Part shown: positions 1-10,299 of the stretch, piece after piece
Layout: each line of letters begins with the position of its first letter
Numbering within the stretch: the first letter of the stretch is position 1
From: an uncultured Desulfobacter sp.
GTDB lineage: Bacteria > Desulfobacterota > Desulfobacteria > Desulfobacterales > Desulfobacteraceae
NCBI GenBank assembly: GCA_963665095.1
Contig: OY762069.1
Span: 2,400,001 to 2,464,000 of the forward strand
Direction: 5' to 3'
DNA: 64,000 nucleotides
Position numbers and translations under genes: made by a program
The notes under the pieces: generated by a model
Told to the model about the DNA's origin: nothing
Seen by the model: only the letters and a program-made list of their open reading frames with translations
Databases searched by the model: none

Positions 1-143
1 CACTCATTCAAACAGGGGTGCTGGGGTTCTCAGCGGAGAACGTCAAAGAAGCCATGAAACGCAGGATCAAACCCGCATTGCTGGAGATGAACCTTAAGGC
101 CTTTGATTTAGGATTTGACGCAGCCCAAAATGGTATGGAATAG
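1..143 (+). CDS. 3' end of a 2-oxoacid:ferredoxin oxidoreductase gamma-type / indolepyruvate oxidoreductase beta subunit (partial)
   Basis: Manual translation LIQTGVLGFSAENVKEAMKRRIKPALLEMNLKAFDLGFDAAQNGME*; the NxxAFxxG tail is typical of this family. Confidence 0.65.
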   Translation, partial: LIQTGVLGFSAENVKEAMKRRIKPALLEMNLKAFDLGFDAAQNGME

Positions 144-215
144 CCCAAGTTATCTCTTCTACCCCGGATTAATAAAAATGATTCGGGGTAGAACGCCCAA
201 TCAGGAAGGAAAAAG

Positions 216-671
216 ATGAAGACACAGACACAGATAACCTCCGGCATGGTTCATATCATTAACGGCCCGAACCTGAACATGCTGGGCAAGCGGGAGCCTG
301 ATATTTACGGGACACTTACCCTGGATCAGATCAACCGGGATCTTGGGGCACGCGGGGCGGAACTTGGGCTTTCTCTAAATTTCTTCCAGTCCAACCACGA
401 AGGGGCGATTTTAGATTACATCCATTCGGTATTTGATCAGGATCCGGCCGGAATCATCATTAACCCCGGGGGGCTGACCCACACGTCAGTGGTGCTTCGC
501 GACGCCCTTTCCATGCTCTCATGCCCCATTGTGGAGGTGCATTTATCCAACATTCACAAGCGGGAATCGTTTCGCCGCACCTCCATGGTAGCCGGCATTG
601 CCACAGGGCAGATCGCGGGTTTTGGTCACCTGGGATACCACATGGCCCTGGATTTTATTCACTCCCTTTGA
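216..671 (+). CDS. aroQ: type II 3-dehydroquinate dehydratase
   Basis: NGPNLNMLGKREPDIYG, QSNHEG, NPGGLTHTSV, EVHLSNIHKRESFR motifs. Confidence 0.97.
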   Translation: MKTQTQITSGMVHIINGPNLNMLGKREPDIYGTLTLDQINRDLGARGAELGLSLNFFQSNHEGAILDYIHSVFDQDPAGIIINPGGLTHTSVVLRDALSMLSCPIVEVHLSNIHKRESFRRTSMVAGIATGQIAGFGHLGYHMALDFIHSL

Positions 672-687
672 AACAGGCTGGCCAGAC

Positions 688-1482
688 ATGACCGGATTCA
701 TGGATGTTCATACCCATCTTCATGATTCTCGCATCATTCACGATGTGCCAGACATTGTCCAGCGGGCCCAAAATGCAGGCGTAGAAAAAATCGTTACCTG
801 CGCCACCATGGAGGAAAATTTCAAAGCCACCGCAGAGCTTTCACAAACCTTTTCCGGTGTGCTGCCCTGCTTTGGCATCCATCCCTGGTTCCTTGATACT
901 CTGAGCCCTGACTGGGAACTGAATCTTAGCCAATGGCTTTTAAAAATGCCGTCCGGTATCGGCGAAACAGGGCTTGATTTCATGGACAAGGACGCGGACA
1001 GGGATCTCCAGCGCCAGGTATTTAAGGCCCATCTGGCCCTGGCCTGTGATCTGGAACGGCCCGTCAACATCCATGTCCGCAAAGCCTGGGACGCTGTTAT
1101 AAAGATGCTGACGCATTTCGGGCCGCTGCCAGCTGCCGGCGTGATTCACTCCTATTCAGGGTCTGCCGACCTTGTCCCCATCCTTGAAAAATTCAACCTT
1201 TACATCTCTTTTTCCGGTTCCGTAACCAGGCCCAATGCAAAGAAGGCGGCAAAAGCACTGGGAACGGTTTCCATGGATCGTATTGTCTTTGAAACAGATA
1301 CCCCGGATATTGTGCCCTGGTTTATCCTCAAAAACGCTTCCGGCACAACGCCGTTGAACCAGCCTGCCAACGTGCCCGGCATTGTCAGGGCCGCAGCCGG
1401 AATTTTAAAAAAGGATTTCCAGGATCTTGCCAGTTGCGGGTATGCAAACAGCTTGAATTTATTTGCCCCTGTGTTGCTCTAA
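688..1482 (+). CDS. TatD family hydrolase
   Basis: DVHTHL, GIHPW, GIGETGLD, HSYSGS, ETDTP motifs; start moved to ATG 688. Confidence 0.93.
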   Translation: MTGFMDVHTHLHDSRIIHDVPDIVQRAQNAGVEKIVTCATMEENFKATAELSQTFSGVLPCFGIHPWFLDTLSPDWELNLSQWLLKMPSGIGETGLDFMDKDADRDLQRQVFKAHLALACDLERPVNIHVRKAWDAVIKMLTHFGPLPAAGVIHSYSGSADLVPILEKFNLYISFSGSVTRPNAKKAAKALGTVSMDRIVFETDTPDIVPWFILKNASGTTPLNQPANVPGIVRAAAGILKKDFQDLASCGYANSLNLFAPVLL

Positions 1483-1521
1483 CCCGGACCAGAAAAAGGT
1501 TGTTCTCCATTACAACAGATT

Positions 1522-1635
1522 TTCGGAATCAAGCTTGAACATGCTGATGATCAAAAAAATTTTCTAATTGCCTCCCCTGAAAAGGTGCTATGCGACATTA
1601 TTGCAACCCAGCCGGACAATACTTTTGATAGTAAA
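1522..1635 (+). pseudogene. fragment resembling an AbiEi-type (type IV TA antitoxin-like) protein
   Basis: Translates FGIKLEHADDQKNFLIASPEKVLCDIIATQPD; the FLIAxPEKxLCD motif is recognisable, no start or N-terminus. Confidence 0.5.
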
Positions 1636-2305
1636 CCTCCTCTTCGATGCCGGGCCCGTTATCTTCGATATCAATGCAGATCATCTCGGCGATTCTGTCG
1701 ACCCGGACGGCAAGGGAAAACTTCGAAGCATCAATTTTTGCGCCCTGCATGGCCTGGGCCCCGTTATTCAAAATATTCAGGAACACCTGCTGGATCTTGG
1801 TCGGTTCACAAGGCACCTGGGGGAGATCTTTTTCATAATGTTTAATGATGGCTATGGACTTAATATCATAGTGTTTTTTTAAACTGAAATCTGTCCCGGC
1901 CAGTTCAACGGTCTTATCCAGAAGTTCTGTGATGGCGTGCCTTGATTTTTGTGCATCGTTTTTCCGTGAAAAACTTAACATGTTGTCAACGATTTCAGCG
2001 ATTCGACCGCCGGTCTCCTTGATGGCGGAGACCATTCGGGGAACCCCCCGACTCTCCATATAGCGTTGGACAAGGGCCAGGTCCAGGCAGAGTTCCTCAG
2101 CCGCTCTGACATTTGAAGGCAGGCTTATGTCCAGAAGCCGCCGCCCCAACAACTCCGCATTCTGAATCATCCCGGCAAGAGGGTTGTTGATCTCATGGGC
2201 CATGCCCGTGGCAAGGCCTCCCACGGACATCATCTTTTCGGATTGAACAATCAGTTCCCGGGTCCGCCTGGCCTCTGTAATGTCTCTTGTAATGCCTAAA
2301 ATATG
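1636..2305 (-). pseudogene. truncated PAS sensor histidine kinase (HisKA and partial HATPase)
   Basis: GITRDITE (PAS end), QSEKMMSVG, AHEINNPL H-box, N-box, EDNGPGI G1 box; F and G2 boxes and sensor N-terminus absent. Confidence 0.85.
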
Positions 2306-2320
2306 TGCGGATTCAATGCC

Positions 2321-2839
2321 GGTTCCGTTAGTGTGAAGGCAATTAGAAATGCGTCCAATGCCCATTCACAGAGATTGGAATTCGATTTGCAGGCTCGGCC
2401 CCCTGTACGGGGAATCGATCTTTTTGCAGGTTTTGGTCTGATAGAGGCGGAAATTGACGACTGGACCTAAACGGAATACGACAGCACAACAGCAAGCACT
2501 TATCAATATGATTATTCGGGTAAAAGACTTCCCAATGTCCCGAACTATACGTACAATTTAGGCGTTCAGTATCGCCATGTATCAGGATTCTTTTGCAGAG
2601 CGGACTGGCTTGGCACAGGTTCTGTCTACAGTGATGCGAAAAATACAGCCAAAGAAGACGGTTATCAGATCTTCAACCTTCGCCTGGGATTTGAAAGTGA
2701 GAATTATGACATCTATTTATGGTGCAAGAACCTCTTTGATGAAGAATATCTACAGGTAAGATTTGCAAGTTCTGGGGATGATCAGGGTCTTGATGGTACT
2801 CCTAGAATGATAGGTGCTACATTTACATACCGCTTTTAG
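2321..2839 (+). pseudogene. C-terminal remnant of a TonB-dependent receptor
   Basis: IRNASNAHSQRLEFDLQARP, frameshift, internal TAA, then DYSGKRLPNVPNYTYNLGVQY...LWCKNLFDEEY...PRMIGATFTYRF*, parallel to the C-terminus of the receptor at 11226-13331. Confidence 0.88.
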
Positions 2840-2932
2840 CAAACAACTTTTCGGGGACGCGATACGAAATGATTAATTTGGTAAGCGTTCCCGGATATAC
2901 CAAAATATTCCTTAAATCGAAACAAAAAATTA

Positions 2933-2960
2933 TTGACATTTTCCTAAAATAAAGGAAAAT
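2933..2960 (+). promoter_or_regulatory. sigma70-like -35 (TTGACA) overlapped by palindrome ATTTTCCT-N7-AGGAAAAT
   Basis: TTGACA 2933-2938; perfect 8-bp inverted repeat 2938-2945/2953-2960; ATG at 2967. Confidence 0.55.
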
Positions 2961-2966
2961 AGTCGC

Positions 2967-4274
2967 ATGAAGCACCTATTAAAAACAATCATCAAGGATT
3001 TTCATTTCAGACCGTTGCCTTTGTTTAAGCTGCGGCATTTAAGTGTTCCCCTTGATCTGGGCAAAATTATTACAATCATCGGTCCGCGCAGGGCCGGCAA
3101 AACATGGTATTTATTTCAACTCATATCAAACCTGGAAAAGAGCGGCATAAAAAGAGAACATATCCTTTATCTTAATTTTGAAGACGAACGCCTTGATCTT
3201 GATGGTGGCTATGACCAAATCCTTGATGCCTATCTTGAGCTTTATCCTGATCAAAAATTAGATGACCTTTATATTTTCTTTGATGAAATTCAGGAAATTC
3301 CGGAATGGGAAAAATACATCCGTCGCGTTTATGATACGGTCAGCAAGAAAATTTTTCTGACAGGTTCAAATGCCAAAATGTTGTCAAAGGAAATTGCCAC
3401 CTCCCTGCGAGGACGAAGCATTTCTTTTGAAATCATGCCGCTGTCATTCCCGGAATACTTATCCTTTAAAGATATTGATTCCAAGGATATCTATTCCACA
3501 AAAAATCGGGCTAAAATCCGGAACAGCTTTAATGAATACCTTACCTGGGGAGGATACCCGGAGCTGGTTGACGTTGAAAACCGTTTCAAAGCAAACATTT
3601 TACAAGAATATTTTAATGTCATGCTCTACCGGGATTTGATGGATAGATATGAGATTCGGGATGCATCGGTTCTCAAATACCTGATTAAACGCCTCATCAG
3701 TTCATTTACCAAGGAATTTTCCGTCAACAAGCTTTATAATGACCTGAAATCCAGGGGAATTAAAATTGGTAAAGACTCAATTTACCGGATTATGGATCAA
3801 ATCTTTAGCGTCTACATGGTAACATATGTGGAAAAATATGATCCGGCAGTGATAAAAAGAGAAATGAGCAACAAAAAAATTTACCTCTATGACAACGGCA
3901 TTGCCTCGGGTATCCGATATACCTTTTCAGAAGATCGCGGCAAACTACTTGAAAACCTGGTTTTCACCAGCATTCGCAATACCACGGAATCGGTTTTCTT
4001 TTTAAAGAACAGTTATGAATGTGATTTTTTAGTTTACCCCGAAACTGAAACCCCGATTCTAATTCAAGTCACACAGGCCTTGAATCAAGATAATTTCAGT
4101 CGGGAAATCAAGGGGCTTCAGAAAGCAGGGGCGCGCATTAAAAACGGCAAAAGCCTGTTGATCACCGAAGAGACGGGAATACCTTCGGATATGTTGCCGG
4201 ATGGGGTGGAGACCATGACGGCATATGAGTGGCTTCTAAAACAAGAAACATTCTTGGGCCATGATTCAGTTTGA
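2967..4274 (+). CDS. ATP-binding protein (AAA_14 + DUF4143)
   Basis: GPRRAGKT Walker A, FFDEIQ Walker B, LTGS, GGYPE, KIYLYDNG, LENLV, ECDF. Confidence 0.92.
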   Translation: MKHLLKTIIKDFHFRPLPLFKLRHLSVPLDLGKIITIIGPRRAGKTWYLFQLISNLEKSGIKREHILYLNFEDERLDLDGGYDQILDAYLELYPDQKLDDLYIFFDEIQEIPEWEKYIRRVYDTVSKKIFLTGSNAKMLSKEIATSLRGRSISFEIMPLSFPEYLSFKDIDSKDIYSTKNRAKIRNSFNEYLTWGGYPELVDVENRFKANILQEYFNVMLYRDLMDRYEIRDASVLKYLIKRLISSFTKEFSVNKLYNDLKSRGIKIGKDSIYRIMDQIFSVYMVTYVEKYDPAVIKREMSNKKIYLYDNGIASGIRYTFSEDRGKLLENLVFTSIRNTTESVFFLKNSYECDFLVYPETETPILIQVTQALNQDNFSREIKGLQKAGARIKNGKSLLITEETGIPSDMLPDGVETMTAYEWLLKQETFLGHDSV

Positions 4275-4318
4275 TTTTCAGGGACGTCTATAAGAAAGTC
4301 TGTAACACATTGTTAAGC

Positions 4319-5125
4319 TCACTGAAAAGCCAGATAAATTATCCTGCAGGAGAGCTTAGGACGGACAAAGGGAAATCTTGCCACCACGCCGAAAAGCCCC
4401 CAGCGTTTTTTGCAGTAATCGGTGTAGTCCCAGACATCGAGAAGCCGGATGCCGGGGTGCCAGGTTTCAAGGGCCCAGGGGTCTTTCAGGCCCCATTTGA
4501 ACTCGGCGCTGGAATCTATTTTCTTCAATGTTTCATGGCGCTTGCTTTTGCCGACCATTACAGGGGCCAGGGCTTCAAACAATAACCGTCCCCTGGGAAA
4601 TGCCGCAGCCAGATCCTTGATAAAATTTCGGACCAAGGGTTCTTCAAAATACATTAACAGCCCTTCTGCCAGAAAGATGACCGGGCGGCCACCCACGCTT
4701 ACATCCTTTATCCATGACAGATCAAAAATGGATTTTTCGATAAAGTGGTAGGATGGGGATTCTTTAAAAAACTGCCGCCTCAGTGCAATGGACTGGGGCA
4801 GATCAATTTCATACCAGTCATGATCCCGGCATTTCAGGCGGCTGTGCCGGGTGTCCAGGCCTGCGCCCAGGTTCACCACCACCGCATCCGGGTGGGTGTT
4901 CAGATACGTTGACAAGGCGTTATCCAGAATTTGAGTCCGGACCGCCACACCCAGCTGGGTCAGTTTGCTTCCCTTTTTAAACCGGGAAAAATCATAGTCA
5001 ATCCGGCTGACCATTTCCACAGCTTTTTCATCCCGGATCAAAGGGCTGGAAAAGCTTGTCTCGGCCGCTCGGGCCCACAGTGCCACCAGCAATGTCTCGG
5101 GAATACCTGAAAGTGCATGTTCCAT
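4319..5125 (-). CDS. class I SAM-dependent methyltransferase, leucine carboxyl methyltransferase (LCM/TcmP) family
   Basis: ETLLVALWARA, VVNLGAGLDTR, YEIDLP, LAEGLLMY motifs. Confidence 0.92.
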   Translation of the reverse strand: MEHALSGIPETLLVALWARAAETSFSSPLIRDEKAVEMVSRIDYDFSRFKKGSKLTQLGVAVRTQILDNALSTYLNTHPDAVVVNLGAGLDTRHSRLKCRDHDWYEIDLPQSIALRRQFFKESPSYHFIEKSIFDLSWIKDVSVGGRPVIFLAEGLLMYFEEPLVRNFIKDLAAAFPRGRLLFEALAPVMVGKSKRHETLKKIDSSAEFKWGLKDPWALETWHPGIRLLDVWDYTDYCKKRWGLFGVVARFPFVRPKLSCRIIYLAFQ

Positions 5126-5244
5126 AAAACACTCCAAAAATTCTCCCTTTTGCCCCGCCAACCTTATCAGGCCGGGCAAAAGGGCAAAAAAAACAGTATC
5201 GATTCTAAAGGTTATCTTTTTCTAATAAGTATCTAATAAATATA

Positions 5245-5412
5245 TAGTGCCTGAACGAAAACCCCATGTTTGGACTCGACCTCGGTGTTTGGACGAAAAG
5301 TTGCCCAGATGCAAGGCGCAAGCAAAGCTGCAACCGGAGCGTACTTCAGTACGTGAGGATTGCAGCTTTGTGCAGCAACGCAGCAGGTGGGTGACTTTTC
5401 GTTCAAACACTA
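5245..5412. mobile_element. MITE-like palindromic element (~168 bp)
   Basis: 17-bp imperfect terminal inverted repeats TAGTGCCTGAACGAAAA / TTTTCGTTCAAACACTA; internal long hairpin 5285-5410. Confidence 0.7.
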
Positions 5413-5413
5413 T

Positions 5414-6310
5414 CTAGGGTTTGGCCGTAAATGAAACGCTGGCCCCGTAGTAGATAGACTGGCACTTGCCGGCCAGGTCTTTGAGCTCATTATCCTTTGT
5501 AACCACTTTCTTCACCATGACCATGGTCAGCCAGGCGCCCGGGGTGGGCACCCTTATCTGGGCCTTGCCGTTCATGATGTATGCGGTGAGCATGTATCCG
5601 TCCGGGCCGCCAAAGGTGTTGGAGGTCATGTGCAGGTAGTTCATGCCCTGCATATCGCAGGTCAGTGGTTTACCTTTCAGCGTCACTGTAAATTTAACAA
5701 GATCTCCGGCTTTGACATTGCTCATGTCGGTTTCGGGCATGATCTCAAGGTCGTGTCCCAAAGGTGTGGGTTCGGTCCACTTTTCAATGCCGAAATAGGA
5801 TTTGCCCGTGGCCTTGTACCGGGTGGAGAAGTCGATAGATCTTACCCCTTTTATCTCATCCATGGGCTTGGTGGTCATCTTGTGTTTGCCTTTTGCATCC
5901 ACATAGCCCGTGAAATAGGTGGCTTTGGATTCGGCAGCCACCTGGTAGGTGCCGGGTGTGGTCTTATCTGTCAGGGAAATTTTGCGCAAGCCCAAGTCTC
6001 CTTGCACAATGGCCATTCCGGTTTTGGATTGGCTTGCCTCTTCCTGCTTAATTACGGGCAAAGGGATGGGCGTGATGGAGTTGTCCGGCCCCACCAGGCT
6101 GTATGTTTCAATCTCAATGGCACCTGCCTCGGAGACCAGGAAATCGTCTAACGGCATGGCATGTCCCCAGCCAAGGCTCGTGATGACATGTCCCGGGGGA
6201 TGGGCAAAGGATTCATTGATATTGACCCACAGGGAGTGGGCATGGACCGTACCTGCGCAAAAGGCTGTCAGGCTAAGGGTTAAAACAAGGGTTTTCAGTT
6301 TGCAGAGCAT
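5414..6310 (-). CDS. DUF4198 domain periplasmic protein (NikM/CbiK-associated metal-binding type)
   Basis: Signal peptide ending VHA-HSLW, GWGH motif, LEIMP..GD..F.V..GKPL. Confidence 0.8.
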   Translation of the reverse strand: MLCKLKTLVLTLSLTAFCAGTVHAHSLWVNINESFAHPPGHVITSLGWGHAMPLDDFLVSEAGAIEIETYSLVGPDNSITPIPLPVIKQEEASQSKTGMAIVQGDLGLRKISLTDKTTPGTYQVAAESKATYFTGYVDAKGKHKMTTKPMDEIKGVRSIDFSTRYKATGKSYFGIEKWTEPTPLGHDLEIMPETDMSNVKAGDLVKFTVTLKGKPLTCDMQGMNYLHMTSNTFGGPDGYMLTAYIMNGKAQIRVPTPGAWLTMVMVKKVVTKDNELKDLAGKCQSIYYGASVSFTAKP

Positions 6311-6335
6311 GATATCTCTCCTTTGTGTTTGGTGG

Positions 6336-6665
6336 TTATTTCTTTTCCGGCGCCTTTGGGCCGTCCTGTTTGACAGTGTGACCCGGGCCGCCGTCCAGGA
6401 ATACGGTATACGGCTGGTCCGGGATGGTGAATTCAGCTTCACCGTTCTCATCCAGTTTCAGTTTTAAAATCTGCTTTTCATTTTCATCCAGCAGGTACAG
6501 GGGCAGATTCGCGGCTGTGGCACCGGTGGAAAACATGCCTTCCACGGATACGGTACCGTCCCCGTTCTCTGTCAGATTCATGAAAAGGGTGTGGCAAAAC
6601 GCTGTGCCCGTGACAAAAAACAGGGCCATGAGCGCTGCAAGAAAAAGCAATACGGTTTTCTTCAT
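6336..6665 (-). CDS. small exported protein, NikL/CbiL-like
   Basis: Signal peptide followed by His, EGMFSTG, DENGEAEF, DGGPGH. Confidence 0.6.
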   Translation of the reverse strand: MKKTVLLFLAALMALFFVTGTAFCHTLFMNLTENGDGTVSVEGMFSTGATAANLPLYLLDENEKQILKLKLDENGEAEFTIPDQPYTVFLDGGPGHTVKQDGPKAPEKK

Positions 6666-9073
6666 TGGGTTACCTCTTTGGTTAAATGGGGCCGCGTCTG
6701 TGCAGCCTGTTCAGGTATGGTTTCAGGCCCAAAGGCTTTCAGGGCTTTGAGCAGGACCGGGGTGACAAAATAATCGGACAACAATGCTGTCATGATGCCG
6801 GTGCCGGTGAAAACGCCCATGAAAATCAGGACTTTTGCCGGCGAGCTCAGATAAACACTGAAGTTGGCCGTCAGGATCACGGAGGTGAACAGCAGCGGAA
6901 TCCCGATGGCGCTGAAGGTGTGCCGGATAGCGTGGGCATAATCGCGTTTCTGCTCAAAGGCCAGCTTGGCATGGTTGATAAAATGGATGGTGTCGTCCAC
7001 GGCAAGGCCCAGCAGCATGGGCATAATGGTGATGGTCATCATGTCCAGGGGCACCCCCATCCAGCCCATGAGCCCGCCCACGGCCAGGGCCGGGGTGATA
7101 TTGGGAATCATGGCGATAAGCCCGGTTTTAAGACTGGAAAATACCAGGACCATCAGGCCTGTAATCACGCAGATGGCAATGAGAAACGATGTGAGCTGGC
7201 CCTTGGACACAATATCCTGCATCACGGTGAACTGGGCCACGGAGCCTGCCAGGGTCACATTGGCCCCGGGAAAAAGAGTATGAGCCTTTTCAGTGATAAG
7301 ATGAAGTTCCCGGTGGACCTCCACCGTGTTGTAATCACTGATATCCACGGTCATACGCAGGCGCCGGTACTCGTAATCAATCCATTTCTCTGCCTCCCGC
7401 CCCCCGGCATTTTCATACAGCAGCATGATCTGGGCCACCATCTGTCGGGTGTCGGGAATGGCGAAATAGTTGGGATCCCCGTCATGGAGCACCTGGTTCA
7501 TATCCTTGATGATCTCGGTGATGGATGAAATCTGTTTGGTCAAAGGATAGGTTCTGGCTTCCTGTTCCAGCAGGTCCAGCTTTTTTAAGTTTTCCGGTTC
7601 CCTGGCCTGATTTTCATCCGGGAACTCCACCACCAGGTTGTAAGAATAAAGCGCACCCAGCGGCGAACTGCACACCTGGTCCAGGCGGTTGACATAGGGC
7701 ACCTTCAGCCCCATGTTTTTGCGGATGTCAAAATTGACCTCAAAATAGCGCAGGCCGGCCACAGCGACCAGGATAACCAGGGAAAATACCACCATGATGG
7801 GAACTGGCCGGCTCAGAACCAGGTTGGCCAGCTTTGCCATGAAGTTTTCCAGCCAGACATTGGAGTGCAGCCGGATCTGTTTTACATCCCGGTCTTTGCC
7901 AAAGCAGAGCAGTGCCGGAATCATGATGATCACCATTAAAAAGATAATGGTGACCAGCAGTGAGGTGGAGGACCCGATCCATCGCACAGGTTTCACATCC
8001 ACAAAATGAAAGGAGAAAAGCGCCCCCACCGTGGTAAGGGCGGTGAACAGTATAGGCCAGCCCGTCTCTTTCACGGCCAGGCGCACCGACTCTTTTCGTT
8101 TTCCAGTGGCAAGAAAATACCGCTTGAAAAAGGTAAAAATATGGATGGAGTACCCAATGGATACGGCAATGCCAAGATAAAGGGGGACCATGATCATGCC
8201 CACGTCAATGGGCTTGCCGATCCAGCCAAGAATACCAAAGGTCAGGATCACGGAACCGGCCGTGACGATCACGGTCATGGCGATCCCTTTAATGGAACGT
8301 AATGCAAGGGTGAGGACCACCAGGGAGACAATCAGGGAGAGCCCCATGGTCCGGGACATCTCTTTTTTAAAAAACGCGGTTTTGTCATGGGCAATGATGG
8401 GCATACCTGACGATTTAGGGCTTAAAGACGCATATTTCTCCTGGCGGATGATGGTGGTGGCCGCTTTGCCCACCACCATTTCAGCGGATTTATGATCTTT
8501 GCTGCGCCACCCTTGCGGGTATGGGGTCAGCCTCAGGATAATCCAGGAAAACCGGCCGTCCGGGGAGATCAGTTTGCCGTTGAGCAGGCGTTTGGAGAGG
8601 ATCTGCGCCTTAACGCCCTCAAGGGCCTCGCGCTCCCGGGGGACGGGGTCGGGCACCGGCGTAATTATCTCAATGCCCCCTTCACGGCCCAAAGAAAATT
8701 CGCAGTCCGTGATGGACATGATATCATCGGCAAAGGGCACCTGGGTTTTTAACTCTTTGCCCAGGGACCGGATCATCCCTAAAGTGTCCGGGTCAAACAT
8801 ATGGTCGGACTGAACCAGCACGCCCACATAGTCGTTGTTGCCGAAGATCTCTTTAAACTCATCCTCAGCCATTTTCAGTTTGGAACTATCCAGAAGCCAC
8901 TTGTCCCAGCCGGCATCGGTCTGAATTCTTTTTAAACCTGTCACCCCGAACACCAGGGCCAGGATAAACACGGCCACCACTGCGTAGCGCAGCCGGATAA
9001 TCAGGCTGCCGAACCGTTCAAATATCTGGTTGATCTTGTTGATACTGATCCCATTTATACAGATCATAGTCAC
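6662..9073 (-). CDS. RND superfamily MMPL-type transporter
   Basis: Two periplasmic loops plus ~12 TM segments; TALTT, GLAVDDTIHF motifs. Confidence 0.92.
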   Translation of the reverse strand: MTMICINGISINKINQIFERFGSLIIRLRYAVVAVFILALVFGVTGLKRIQTDAGWDKWLLDSSKLKMAEDEFKEIFGNNDYVGVLVQSDHMFDPDTLGMIRSLGKELKTQVPFADDIMSITDCEFSLGREGGIEIITPVPDPVPREREALEGVKAQILSKRLLNGKLISPDGRFSWIILRLTPYPQGWRSKDHKSAEMVVGKAATTIIRQEKYASLSPKSSGMPIIAHDKTAFFKKEMSRTMGLSLIVSLVVLTLALRSIKGIAMTVIVTAGSVILTFGILGWIGKPIDVGMIMVPLYLGIAVSIGYSIHIFTFFKRYFLATGKRKESVRLAVKETGWPILFTALTTVGALFSFHFVDVKPVRWIGSSTSLLVTIIFLMVIIMIPALLCFGKDRDVKQIRLHSNVWLENFMAKLANLVLSRPVPIMVVFSLVILVAVAGLRYFEVNFDIRKNMGLKVPYVNRLDQVCSSPLGALYSYNLVVEFPDENQAREPENLKKLDLLEQEARTYPLTKQISSITEIIKDMNQVLHDGDPNYFAIPDTRQMVAQIMLLYENAGGREAEKWIDYEYRRLRMTVDISDYNTVEVHRELHLITEKAHTLFPGANVTLAGSVAQFTVMQDIVSKGQLTSFLIAICVITGLMVLVFSSLKTGLIAMIPNITPALAVGGLMGWMGVPLDMMTITIMPMLLGLAVDDTIHFINHAKLAFEQKRDYAHAIRHTFSAIGIPLLFTSVILTANFSVYLSSPAKVLIFMGVFTGTGIMTALLSDYFVTPVLLKALKAFGPETIPEQAAQTRPHLTKEVTQ

Positions 9074-9078
9074 ATTCC

Positions 9079-10299
9079 TTAAAAATGATACTTTATCTTT
9101 GTCCAGACCTGGGTATTGTCTTTATACCGGCCATAGCTTCCGGTCCGGTCTCCGGCAAAGATGTCGGTGCCCAGGAACACTTCCAGGTTGTCGATGAACT
9201 GATATTCTGCTGTCAGCCGGACCAGGCGGTCCTTTAGGTCAATGTCCAGATACCCGAAGGCCGACAGGGTCAATTTTTCCCTGAACAGGTCCTTTGACAG
9301 ACTTACAGTAAAATTTTTCGTGCAGTCGCTCTCCGTCAACCCTGCCCCGGCATCAAGGATATGGTCCTGGGCGTACTGAAAACAGAGGGTCCAGTCGTTT
9401 CCCGGATACCAGTCCAGACCTGTGAGCCACTTGACCCGGTCTTTTTCATCGGTGAAGTAGTCACTGTCGTATCCCTGGACCAGGCTGCCGGCCAAAAAGG
9501 CGGTTTCAACCCGGAAGACAAGCTCACCAACGGGTTTGGAAAATTCCGCCCCAAGGATGTGCACCCGGTCAAACACCGGTTCCAGTACGATGCCGGAACG
9601 CTTATAACAGGGGAAATCATTCCAGGTGTAAAAATAGGAAAGCGCCAGATCCATACCGGACAGGTACAGGGCATACCGCAACGCCAGCTCACTGTCGTTA
9701 ATGGGGTCATCGGGTTCTTCTGATTTAAGCACGGGATTATTCCCGTATCCGCCCAGGTACCATGGGCTGTTTGTGGCGGGCTGTTCCCCGGATTTATAGA
9801 CGGGAATCCATAGAAACTGGAGATCCCCCCACCCCGAGGCATATTTGATATTCAGAGCATCCACGGCCATACGCATCTCATCAAAATCCCGGGTGATGGT
9901 TTCGGTGTAGTCCAAAGGTGAGACATTATCCACGATGCGGATGCCGTCGGCCTGGCCCCAGATGATGATCTGGCGGCCGGCCCGGATGGTGGCAGCCCCC
10001 AAAGTATAATCCAGGTACCCCTCATGCAGGCTGACCCCGGATTCGTCCCTGCCCAAAAGATGGTTGGCAGACAGGTTGGCGGCACCGAAAAACATGAACT
10101 CCCCCTGACAGGCGGTCAGCTCAAGCCGTGCCAGGGTTTCCGAGGCCAGGGTGTGGTGGGGCTCTTTGACCTGGAAATTATGCCGGGTCTCCAGAAAACC
10201 TGAAAATTCCGTATCCATGGCCATCAGGGATGGCGGGGCGAGCAGGGCCGTGACAACAAAAACCGCCAGGCCTAAAATTCCTTTAACAACTGCATTCAC
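9079..10299 (-). CDS. DUF1302-like outer membrane beta-barrel protein
   Basis: Signal peptide, EGYLDY..GRQIIIWGQAD motif, C-terminal Phe. Confidence 0.75.
   Translation of the reverse strand: MNAVVKGILGLAVFVVTALLAPPSLMAMDTEFSGFLETRHNFQVKEPHHTLASETLARLELTACQGEFMFFGAANLSANHLLGRDESGVSLHEGYLDYTLGAATIRAGRQIIIWGQADGIRIVDNVSPLDYTETITRDFDEMRMAVDALNIKYASGWGDLQFLWIPVYKSGEQPATNSPWYLGGYGNNPVLKSEEPDDPINDSELALRYALYLSGMDLALSYFYTWNDFPCYKRSGIVLEPVFDRVHILGAEFSKPVGELVFRVETAFLAGSLVQGYDSDYFTDEKDRVKWLTGLDWYPGNDWTLCFQYAQDHILDAGAGLTESDCTKNFTVSLSKDLFREKLTLSAFGYLDIDLKDRLVRLTAEYQFIDNLEVFLGTDIFAGDRTGSYGRYKDNTQVWTKIKYHF

Noticed and set aside
2851..2895. REP-like inverted repeat TCGGGGACGC/GCGTTCCCGGA
   Set aside because: Imperfect and single copy in the window
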